32,000 nucleotides of DNA from Planctopirus limnophila DSM 3776 (GTDB lineage: Bacteria > Planctomycetota > Planctomycetia > Planctomycetales > Planctomycetaceae): contig NC_014148.1 in NCBI RefSeq assembly GCF_000092105.1, positions 5,130,001 through 5,162,000 of the forward strand, read 5' to 3'. Under the pieces are notes generated by a model. It did no database searches and was not told where the DNA came from. It saw only the letters and a list, made by a program, of their open reading frames with translations. Numbering within the stretch: position 1 is the first letter of the stretch; each line of letters begins with the position of its first letter. The translations under genes and the position numbers were made by a program. Below, one piece after another: positions 23,429-30,915 of this stretch.

Positions 23429-24775
23429 ATGAAGTGTGTCGTTCAAATCCTGCTGTTGTCGTGTCTGGTGCTCAATGTGGGCTTACCTGCGGTTTATGGC
23501 CAGTCGAAGCCGACTCGCGAAGAGAAGGTGCGGGCTGATAAAGCGAAGGTCGAATCGGAAGGTTTCTGGATTTACAACGACCTCGCGCGAGGATTGGAAC
23601 AGGCCAAAAAGACAGGCAAGCCACTGGTGGTTGTGCTCCGCTGCATTCCTTGTGAAGAATGTGTCAAACTCGACGACGACCTTATGGAAAAAGATCCGAT
23701 CGTCCGGCCACTGCTCGATCAATTCGTCTGCGTGCGCATTGTGGGAACGAACGGACTGGATCTTTCGCTGTTTCAGTTCGATACAGATCAATCGTTTGCC
23801 GTATTTTTTCTGAATGCAGATCAAACCATCTACGGACGGTTTGGCACCCGCTCGCATCGCACAGAATGGGTAGGTGATGTTTCACTCAAGGGGCTCGCCA
23901 AAGCACTGCAGAAAACATTAAGCCTGCATGCTGATTTTAAGAATGTGAAGTCGTCGTTGGCTGCCAAGCGTGGGGCCACTCCCGAGTTTGCCACACCGGA
24001 ACAGTTTCCTGCCCTGAAAACTCAGTATGGCCCCAAGCTGGATTACTCGGGGAATGTGGTCAAAAGCTGTATTCATTGCCACCAGATTGGCGATGCCAGG
24101 CGGACTCTGCAGCGATCGCGATCCGAGCCATTCCCTGAGGAGTTGATTTTTCCCTATCCGCATCCGGCATCGATCGGTTTGATTCTTGATCCTCATGAAT
24201 GTGCCACCATCAAGGAGGTGGTCGCTGGTTCGTGGGGACAGAAGGCGGGCTTGCAGGCTGGTGATCAGTTGCAAACGATGAATGGGCAGCCACTGCTTTC
24301 GATGGCTGATGTGCAATGGGTGCTGCATCAGACTGACACTGCCGGGGGGACCATCTCTTTGGAAATACTCCGCAATGGATCAGTAAAGAAGGTCTCATTG
24401 ATGTTGCCCGCCGGCTGGCGACAATCTGGGGATCTCACCTGGCGAAGTTCCACATGGGGATTGCGGCGGATGACGACCGGCGGGATGGTGCTTGAAGAAC
24501 TGACGAGTGCCGAGCGACAAGAACTGCAACTTGAAGATGGGAAAATGGCCTTGCGTGCCAAATATGTTGGCCAATATGGGCCGCATGCAGCCGCCAAGTC
24601 CGCAGGTTTTGAAAAAGGGGATGTGATCGTCGCTTACGACAACCAGACCAACCTTCTTCGAGAAGCTGATCTGATTGCGTATGGACTCAAAGAGACCAGG
24701 CCACGGCAAGTGATTCCAGTGCAGGTCAAGCGAGGTGGACGAACCCTCACACTGCGTCTCCCCATGCAGGAATAG
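23429..24775 (+). CDS. secreted thioredoxin-like / PDZ-domain protein with CxxC-CxxC and CxxCH motifs
   Basis: Start at ATG 23429 with signal peptide MKCVVQILLLSCLVLNVGLPAVYG. A thioredoxin-fold-like block KPLVVVLRCIPCEECVKLD contains Cys codons at 23642-23662. CIHCH lies at 24068-24082. Two PDZ-like blocks are present (GSWGQKAGLQAGDQLQTMNGQPL and AAKSAGFEKGDVIVAYDNQ). The ORF-track GTG start at 23330 adds a non-signal leader. Confidence 0.75.
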   Translation: MKCVVQILLLSCLVLNVGLPAVYGQSKPTREEKVRADKAKVESEGFWIYNDLARGLEQAKKTGKPLVVVLRCIPCEECVKLDDDLMEKDPIVRPLLDQFVCVRIVGTNGLDLSLFQFDTDQSFAVFFLNADQTIYGRFGTRSHRTEWVGDVSLKGLAKALQKTLSLHADFKNVKSSLAAKRGATPEFATPEQFPALKTQYGPKLDYSGNVVKSCIHCHQIGDARRTLQRSRSEPFPEELIFPYPHPASIGLILDPHECATIKEVVAGSWGQKAGLQAGDQLQTMNGQPLLSMADVQWVLHQTDTAGGTISLEILRNGSVKKVSLMLPAGWRQSGDLTWRSSTWGLRRMTTGGMVLEELTSAERQELQLEDGKMALRAKYVGQYGPHAAAKSAGFEKGDVIVAYDNQTNLLREADLIAYGLKETRPRQVIPVQVKRGGRTLTLRLPMQE

Positions 24776-24789
24776 AAAACAAAGCAGAT

Positions 24790-24825
24790 TGCCAGTCGAG
24801 GTGAAGTCTGTCATCTCGACTGGCA
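24790..24825. terminator. bidirectional terminator-like hairpin (11-bp perfect stem, 14-nt loop) between convergent genes
   Basis: TGCCAGTCGAG (24790-24800) pairs with CTCGACTGGCA (24815-24825). It lies in the 75-nt gap between the stops at 24775 (+) and 24851 (-). There is no clear U-tract. Confidence 0.5.
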
Positions 24826-24850
24826 GCGCTGGTTAATGTGTTGTTGGCGG

Positions 24851-25957
24851 CTATACGCTGGTCACTCGCAGGTAGACCTTGATGGCCTCTTTGTCTTCGA
24901 CGAGACGGCGGATCAGTTCAGCATAGTTTTCCAGCCCATCGACCCGGGTGGTGAGCAGCTTTTCGGTCACGCCCGGGAAAGCCAGTTCCCCATGAGCCAG
25001 TGCCTGGATGCCCAACTCGAAATGGCGGCGGTTGCCATTGACGGAGCCCACGAGGAGTTTGTTTCCCAAGACCCATTCGAGGTTGATTTTGTCGGAAGGG
25101 ACGGTGGCTGTCCCTTGCCCGCCAGTAATGCTCGTCCACACGAGAGCACCGTTGTGAGATAAGACTTCCATCGCCTGGAAGGCAAGTTGACTCGATCCCG
25201 TGGCTTCGACAATCAACTGAGGCTTACCGGTTTGCTTGACCAGTTGATCGAGTGGCGTTTCGGCAGTGCTGACATAGGTGGCACCGTAGGCTTCGGCGAT
25301 TTCGGCTTTTTTGTTACCAGCTTTTTTGGAGCGGGCCACCGTATAAACTTCGAGACCTTTGAGGCGTAACATCATGGTGGAAAGCAGGCCAATCTGGCCG
25401 GAACCCATCACGTAGGCGACTTCCGGCTTCCAGACCTGCAGGCGCTGCTGTGCCAGATAAGCCTGTTCGATCGCTTTGGCGCAGACACTGGCCGGTTCAC
25501 TGAGAACACCCAGGTGTTTGAGTTGTTTGGGAACTTTGACCATGAATTCACAGTCATCGACCCAGCGCTCGGTGAGAAAGCCATGCCTGAGGTTGATGCC
25601 GCGTTCGTAATAGGTTTCTTCGCTGGTGATATCGTTGCGGCCAATCTGGTCGTAGATCGAGCCACCGGGCCTGCGAACTGTACAGGAGACATAATCGCCC
25701 GGCTGCAGATCTTTCACGTTTGGGCCGACCGCCTCGACGATGCCAAAGCTTTCATGGCCCAGCACCAGATAGTCGAATCCAGTGGGGGCATTGCCATAGA
25801 GGGCTTCGTTGATTTCGCGATCGGTCGCATCGACACCAATTTCCAGCGACCTGACCAGAACTCCCCGGCCACCGGGAATCGAATCGAGTTGCGGGGGTTC
25901 GATCTCCCGCAGATGAATGCTGTGAGGTTTGCCAGGGTAAACAGCGACCGCTTTCAT
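24851..25957 (-). CDS. glucose 1-dehydrogenase-like medium-chain (zinc) dehydrogenase, archaeal GDH type
   Basis: [11 protein letters not shown]...[17 protein letters not shown]...[17 protein letters not shown]...[13 protein letters not shown]...[17 protein letters not shown]...[10 protein letters not shown]...[14 protein letters not shown] is collinear with my memory of Sulfolobus/Haloferax glucose dehydrogenases. ATG at 25957. Confidence 0.8.
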   Translation of the reverse strand: MKAVAVYPGKPHSIHLREIEPPQLDSIPGGRGVLVRSLEIGVDATDREINEALYGNAPTGFDYLVLGHESFGIVEAVGPNVKDLQPGDYVSCTVRRPGGSIYDQIGRNDITSEETYYERGINLRHGFLTERWVDDCEFMVKVPKQLKHLGVLSEPASVCAKAIEQAYLAQQRLQVWKPEVAYVMGSGQIGLLSTMMLRLKGLEVYTVARSKKAGNKKAEIAEAYGATYVSTAETPLDQLVKQTGKPQLIVEATGSSQLAFQAMEVLSHNGALVWTSITGGQGTATVPSDKINLEWVLGNKLLVGSVNGNRRHFELGIQALAHGELAFPGVTEKLLTTRVDGLENYAELIRRLVEDKEAIKVYLRVTSV

Positions 25958-26252
25958 GAGCGAAGAACTTTCTAGCCGAAGTGGGTGGATTGAGCCACAT
26001 TTTGTTGATGTCAGGTTTATCCTGAGGAAACTGGCCGCACAATTCAGCAGATTACCTGTTGAAGCATGATTCGAACAATCGAACTCCTGGTTTCGCTCAA
26101 GGTTTCAATAGGGCAGGTTTGGTGACGAGACACTTTCCGTGCTGGATGAATTTCTCTGTTTGCGAGTTGAACTATCATAAAGTGACTGGTGCAGAATCTG
26201 AAATAGAAGGGGGATGGCGAGACTGGTGCAGTGATTTGAAACCCTTTGCCGC

Positions 26253-26281
26253 TTGACACTTGGGTCCATCAAGAGAACAAT
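26253..26281 (+). promoter_or_regulatory. candidate sigma70-type promoter (TTGACA-N17-AACAAT) for the H1-like gene
   Basis: TTGACA at 26253-26258 and AACAAT at 26276-26281. The -35 is perfect and the -10 is weak (4/6). It would give a ~145-nt leader. An 11-nt direct repeat GACTGGTGCAG occurs upstream at 26184-26194 and 26221-26231. Confidence 0.3.
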
Positions 26282-26430
26282 CGCCGCGCAATCATCCTTG
26301 ATCTGCTGGAATGCGTTGACCATGAGTGAGTCGATGGATCTTCACAGCAGGCAAGTCCTATTGTCTGAGGCTGATAAGATCAGTCGATTTGAATCATCTG
26401 GTAGAACTCAGGAAGAGAAGGCGTTTTGAC

Positions 26431-26661
26431 ATGAGTGGTCCAATTATTCGCAGCGGTGCCAGCCCGAAGTTTTCCGAGAACTATGACCGTATTTTTGGTG
26501 GTGCCAAGAAGCCTGCCACTAAGAAAGCTGCTGCCAAGCCAGTGGCTGAAGCAAAACCTATTGCCGCCAAGGCTGTCAAAAAGGCTGCTGTCAAAGCCGC
26601 GGCAAAGAAGGCTGCCCCCAAGAAAGCTGTGAAAAAAGCGACGAAGAAGGCCGCGAAGTAA
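26431..26661 (+). CDS. histone H1-like Lys/Ala-rich basic protein (76 aa)
   Basis: ATG 26431 is preceded by GGAAGAGAAGG 9 nt upstream. The N-terminus is MSGPIIRSGASPKFSENYDRIFGG. The tail is almost entirely K/A/P/V (AAKPVAEAKPIAAKAVKKAAVKAAAKKAAPKKAVKKATKKAAK). The ORF-track GTG start at 26326 looks like an over-extension. Confidence 0.7.
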   Translation: MSGPIIRSGASPKFSENYDRIFGGAKKPATKKAAAKPVAEAKPIAAKAVKKAAVKAAAKKAAPKKAVKKATKKAAK

Positions 26662-26745
26662 TACGAATTGCCACTTGAAATCGCGCGTTGTGGCTCACAA
26701 AAACATGCTTGCCCAAAGCTGCAATCATGGCACAAAGAGCCACGA

Positions 26746-26759
26746 CGCGATTAATCGCG
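26746..26759. promoter_or_regulatory. perfect 14-nt palindrome CGCGATTAATCGCG (candidate operator)
   Basis: Read directly from the sequence. It lies ~105 nt upstream of ATG 26865. Its left half can alternatively pair with ATCGCG at 26680-26685. Confidence 0.3.
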
Positions 26760-26864
26760 TGCAGCAGATCAGTAAGCCTTGTTGTAAGTGGTTGCCGGAG
26801 GTTTCCCTTGGCTTTTGAACCGGCAAATCGCATAGCGAGCTCTGATGCTGAAATCGCAATCATC

Positions 26865-28517
26865 ATGACTTCATCGTGGAAAACCTGGGTGGTGGGCTGG
26901 CTGGGATTAGTCCTTGCGAGTCTGATACTGGCCCCGATACCTGCGGTGAATGAAACGCATTACCTGGGCAAAGCTCGACACTTTGCGAATCCCGCCTGGT
27001 GCGAGAACGATTTCTTCCTGAATTCTCCCAGCGTGCACGTTGTGTTTTTTGCAAGCACCGGCTGGCTGCCGCCATTTTTCGGCATGACAGCCACTGCCCT
27101 ACTGGTGCGAGCTGCAGGCCTTTTGGTGCTGGCTTATGGAACTTATCGCCTGAGTCAGGTGCTGGGGTTGTCTGGTGGCAGTTATCTTGCCGGGCTGTGG
27201 TTATGGCCGGTCCTGGTGGCGACGATCAATGTCTCTGGCGAGTGGATCGTTGGTGGAGCCGAGTCCAAAGTTTTTGCCTACGGTTTTTTGTTCTGGGCCA
27301 TGGCCTTCCTGAGTGATAATGAGCCGTTCCTGACGAAAGTATGGGCCAGTTCATCGTTGCTGGCGTGGTCCGTGGCGTGGCATCCGATTGTCGGATTGTG
27401 GGGGGCACTGATCATTCTCGGCAGCCTGATACTGCTATCGATGTTGAACAAAGATCGACTGTTTCGAAGTGCAGCTCTTGGGACGAGTGCCGGAACACGA
27501 TCAAGTGGTCTGCTGGCAAACCTGTTGCTATTGGCCGGCTGGCTGGCCGCCTTATGGTCGATAGCAGCGGCTCTGCAGGTCAGCCTGATGAGTGGAGCCG
27601 ATGAAACCGTTCGGTTTCAGGCCAACTATCTGCAGGTGTACTATCGTCTGGCCCATCATCTCGACCCGATGGCTATACCCACAACCGCATGGCTGCGCGG
27701 GATCTCGGCAGCGGGATTAACTTTTGCTGCCTGGGTGGTGCTAACTCACAGTGTGTTCTTGAAGAGTGCTTCATTCACCCGGCGCAGGGCGTGGCAACTG
27801 CTGGGGTGGTCGGCTCTCCTGGCGATTTTACTTTCCATCGCTGGATTTCTCATCGGCTTTGGCCCGCGTCCGGCTGAGAAAATGGCGGGTTATGCCTGGC
27901 GCATGCTGCTCCTGAAGTTCTACTTCTTCCGTATGGCCGATGTGCTCGTCCCCTTGCTGCTATCGTTTTCACTCGGCCAGTTGTCGATGATGGCTGTATG
28001 TCGAAAGAAGCGACGAGAAAATGTGACTCCCTGGCCGTTGAACAGATTCGCATTAGTGGTACCGGCCATGATGCTGGCTGTACTGATGAGTTTTGCTGTC
28101 AGCAGGCATGGTTCCTGGGAGGCGATCTCAGTGGCCATCAAGCAGCACCATGATTGGAAAGCCACCTGTGATTGGATTTTCCAGAACACGCCTCGAAAGA
28201 CTTTGTGCTTCGCACCGACGGGGCACACTTCACTCAAGTGGTATGCCGAGCGGCCGGAATATGTTTCATTCAAGGATTGCCCGCAAGATGCGGCTGGAAT
28301 TGTCGAATGGAACAACCGCCTGCTGATCATTACCAACTGGCTGCAGACACAATGGGGCAATGGTTCAGATGCGAAACCAGCTTTGATCACCAAAGCGGGA
28401 TTGAAAGATCTGCACGAACAGACGGGTTTGCAGCTGTTGATTACCGATCGACTCGGGCCGTTTGAATCAGAGCCCGTCTACCAGAATGACTCTTACCGCA
28501 TTTATGAACTTCCTTGA
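26865..28517 (+). CDS. polytopic membrane protein (10 or more TM) with C-terminal soluble domain; GT-C-glycosyltransferase-like architecture (unverified)
   Basis: Start at ATG 26865 (MTSSWKTWVVGWLGLVLASLILAP). The first loop is NETHYLGKARHFANPAWCENDFFLNS. Many hydrophobic helices follow, then a ~130-aa hydrophilic C-terminus (WKATCDWIFQNTPRKTLCFAPTGH...). The ORF-track start 26688 adds a non-membrane leader. Confidence 0.65.
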   Translation: MTSSWKTWVVGWLGLVLASLILAPIPAVNETHYLGKARHFANPAWCENDFFLNSPSVHVVFFASTGWLPPFFGMTATALLVRAAGLLVLAYGTYRLSQVLGLSGGSYLAGLWLWPVLVATINVSGEWIVGGAESKVFAYGFLFWAMAFLSDNEPFLTKVWASSSLLAWSVAWHPIVGLWGALIILGSLILLSMLNKDRLFRSAALGTSAGTRSSGLLANLLLLAGWLAALWSIAAALQVSLMSGADETVRFQANYLQVYYRLAHHLDPMAIPTTAWLRGISAAGLTFAAWVVLTHSVFLKSASFTRRRAWQLLGWSALLAILLSIAGFLIGFGPRPAEKMAGYAWRMLLLKFYFFRMADVLVPLLLSFSLGQLSMMAVCRKKRRENVTPWPLNRFALVVPAMMLAVLMSFAVSRHGSWEAISVAIKQHHDWKATCDWIFQNTPRKTLCFAPTGHTSLKWYAERPEYVSFKDCPQDAAGIVEWNNRLLIITNWLQTQWGNGSDAKPALITKAGLKDLHEQTGLQLLITDRLGPFESEPVYQNDSYRIYELP

Positions 28518-28695
28518 GCGGGTCACGCTGAGGATTTGCTGTAAGTTTTTTTGTTACCGGCAGTAATTCCTCGCATCCAACCAAGTTGAATTCTCTCAGC
28601 AGGACTCGTCGGTTCGCTGATGACAATGCCTGAAATGCGAAGCGTCTGTACTTCAACAGCATGAGGATTCGTCGGAATCAATTGGGATTTTCGCG

Positions 28696-29685
28696 ATGCC
28701 ACCACTCCCTCCATTCGAAGTGATTCAAGACAAGATTGTCTATCTGATTCTGCCAGCACTTCTGGGAGGTTTCCTGATCCCGCTGGCGAGCATTAGGTGG
28801 CCAAGGCTTGCCAGAGCCGCTCTGCCTGTTGGCATTTTGACTGGTTTCGCGTTACCCAACCTTTTTGAACAACGGCTGAACTGGTGGTTGGATCAATCGG
28901 GTCAGTGGTTATTGTTCGAGCACAGTTGGTACAGCCTGTTCCCGGCCACCGCTCTGTGTCTCATTGTGGGGGCATTGACCACATTCTTTGCGGAAAGGTC
29001 TTCCGCCAGAGCGATCATGGGCAGGGTGGCATTGGGCTTGAATGTTGCCGCAATGGTGTTTGCGGGCTGGTGGCTCGCACCAGGCGATTTGAAGTGGAAT
29101 CAAACGCTGATTCCACAGCCAGTCGCAGCTGGCATTCTGGGTATCACCATGATTGCTATCGCTTGTTTACTGACGATGGTCTGGCAAGCAGCTGCCGGAT
29201 CAAAGGCGTGGATATGGCTGGCGTTCCTGTGGGGGCTGGCCAGTGTCACAGTGATGATTCACGCGCATTCGCTGGTCTTTACCGATCTTGCGATTGCCAT
29301 GAGCTGTGGCTTGTTTGCTGCGGGGATTGTTCCGGCATTCCAGGTAAAAAAATCGAGCGAGAATTGCGACCTGGGTGGAGAGGCTCACGGATCGTTCCGT
29401 GAGAAAGTTTTCGCCTTAGGGTCTTCGATCGGTTGCTGGACGGGGCCTGCTGTGTTTTTTCCTGCGTTAACGCTGGGGGCTGCAACCAACACCTACAGTG
29501 AACTACCACTACTGACATTCTTTGCTGCGGGCATCATGCCTTTGAGTTTGGCGATCTTTCTCATCCCGGCCCTTTGGCCAAAATGTCCTCACCGCAGGCT
29601 GATCTATGTGACGATCGTGCTGGCACTGCCGGGGATATTGGCCATGATCCTCGCCGTCTCAAATGAGTCGATTGGTGTGGGATGA
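28696..29685 (+). CDS. polytopic integral membrane protein, function unknown
   Basis: 329-aa ORF with ATG at 28696. It has about 9 hydrophobic helices and no recognisable motif. It ends 33 nt before the rsmH ATG. Confidence 0.6.
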   Translation: MPPLPPFEVIQDKIVYLILPALLGGFLIPLASIRWPRLARAALPVGILTGFALPNLFEQRLNWWLDQSGQWLLFEHSWYSLFPATALCLIVGALTTFFAERSSARAIMGRVALGLNVAAMVFAGWWLAPGDLKWNQTLIPQPVAAGILGITMIAIACLLTMVWQAAAGSKAWIWLAFLWGLASVTVMIHAHSLVFTDLAIAMSCGLFAAGIVPAFQVKKSSENCDLGGEAHGSFREKVFALGSSIGCWTGPAVFFPALTLGAATNTYSELPLLTFFAAGIMPLSLAIFLIPALWPKCPHRRLIYVTIVLALPGILAMILAVSNESIGVG

Positions 29686-29718
29686 TTGTGCCCAGCGGGT
29701 TGGTATGATGGGAAGACC

Positions 29719-30855
29719 ATGACCGAGTCAGACCAGCCATTTCCTGATAAAGCTCCGGAGTCTTCTCCCGTTGAGCCTCATGTACCAATACCCGTGCCAG
29801 AGCAGGATCCGGGGAAGCGTCCTGCCCGAAGAGTGCGTTATGCGGGGACACATCCCCGAAAGTTCCACGAGAAATACAAGGAACTGGCGAGAGATCGCTA
29901 TGCGGCAGATGTTGAGAAAATCCTGAAGAGTGGCAAGACTCCTGCAGGAACCCATCGGCCGATTATGGTCGATGAGATTTTGCAGGTTCTCGCTCCTCAA
30001 GCGGGTGAGCGGGGTATTGACTGCACCTTGGGCTTTGGTGGTCACGCACAGCAACTTTTAAGAGCAATCCAGCCGGATGGATGCCTGCTGGGAATTGATG
30101 CAGACCCCATTGAACTCCCGAAGACCGAAGCCAGATTACGGAGTGCTGGCTTTCCTGCCGAGACGCTGATGGTGCAGCGAACCAACTTTGCTGCTTTGCC
30201 AGGCTTGATCCCTGCTTTTTTGCCAGGTGGTGCTGATTTTTTGATGGCAGATCTGGGTTTATCTTCCATGCAGATTGACGATCCGGCACGGGGATTTACC
30301 TTCAAAGTCGATGCCCCGCTGGATATGCGGATGAATCCATCGCGAGGGCCCAGTGCTGCTGAGTTTCTCGCGAAGATCGATGAGAGAGGGTTGGCAAAGC
30401 TGCTGGAGGATGCTGCTGATGAACCGTGTGCCGAACCTTTGGCCAGAGGTCTGATCACGGCGCAGCAGATATCGGCATTTATTACGACGGGACAATTGGC
30501 CGAAGCTGTGCGCCGGGTGCTGGCGACAATTGGTTCACTTGATGAGGAAGACGTGTCCTCGACCATTCGTCGGGTGTTTCAAGCCATACGAATTGCTGTG
30601 AACGATGAGTTTTCCACGTTGGATATTCTGCTGAAATCGATCCCGCAATGTGTGAAGCCGGGTGGCCGGATTGCGATCCTGACGTTCCACTCGGGTGAAG
30701 ACCGCCGGGTGAAGAAAGCGTTTCAGGCAGGCTTGGCGAGCGGAGTTTATCGGGAGATTTCGAGCGAAGTGATGCGAGCGACTCCTCAGGAGCGGCACGA
30801 TAATCCCCGCTCGATCCCTGCAAAACTTCGCTGGGCCATCCGCTCCAGTTCCTGA
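29719..30855 (+). CDS. rsmH: 16S rRNA (cytosine1402-N4)-methyltransferase RsmH with ~75-aa N-terminal extension
   Basis: HRPIMVDEILQVL, IDCTLGFGGHAQQLL (SAM site), ADLGLSSMQIDDPARGFTF, PLDMRMNP and RIAILTFHSGEDRRVKKAF are the canonical RsmH/MraW blocks. The first ATG is at 29719; the ORF-track start 29686 is TTG. Confidence 0.9.
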   Translation: MTESDQPFPDKAPESSPVEPHVPIPVPEQDPGKRPARRVRYAGTHPRKFHEKYKELARDRYAADVEKILKSGKTPAGTHRPIMVDEILQVLAPQAGERGIDCTLGFGGHAQQLLRAIQPDGCLLGIDADPIELPKTEARLRSAGFPAETLMVQRTNFAALPGLIPAFLPGGADFLMADLGLSSMQIDDPARGFTFKVDAPLDMRMNPSRGPSAAEFLAKIDERGLAKLLEDAADEPCAEPLARGLITAQQISAFITTGQLAEAVRRVLATIGSLDEEDVSSTIRRVFQAIRIAVNDEFSTLDILLKSIPQCVKPGGRIAILTFHSGEDRRVKKAFQAGLASGVYREISSEVMRATPQERHDNPRSIPAKLRWAIRSSS

Positions 30856-30915
30856 ACTGATGCGGGGCAATCACGTTTTCTTGCTCCGAGCCGCAAGCAT
30901 GCCACACAGAAAAAT

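Noticed and set aside
26326-26430. Longer GTG-initiated version of the H1-like protein, and similar long starts for ORFs 18667, 23330, 26688, 29686 and 14953
   Set aside because: The extensions are non-ATG initiated. They run through repeats or overlap upstream genes, and they precede much better starts (an ATG with a signal peptide or TM, or a purine-rich RBS-like tract).
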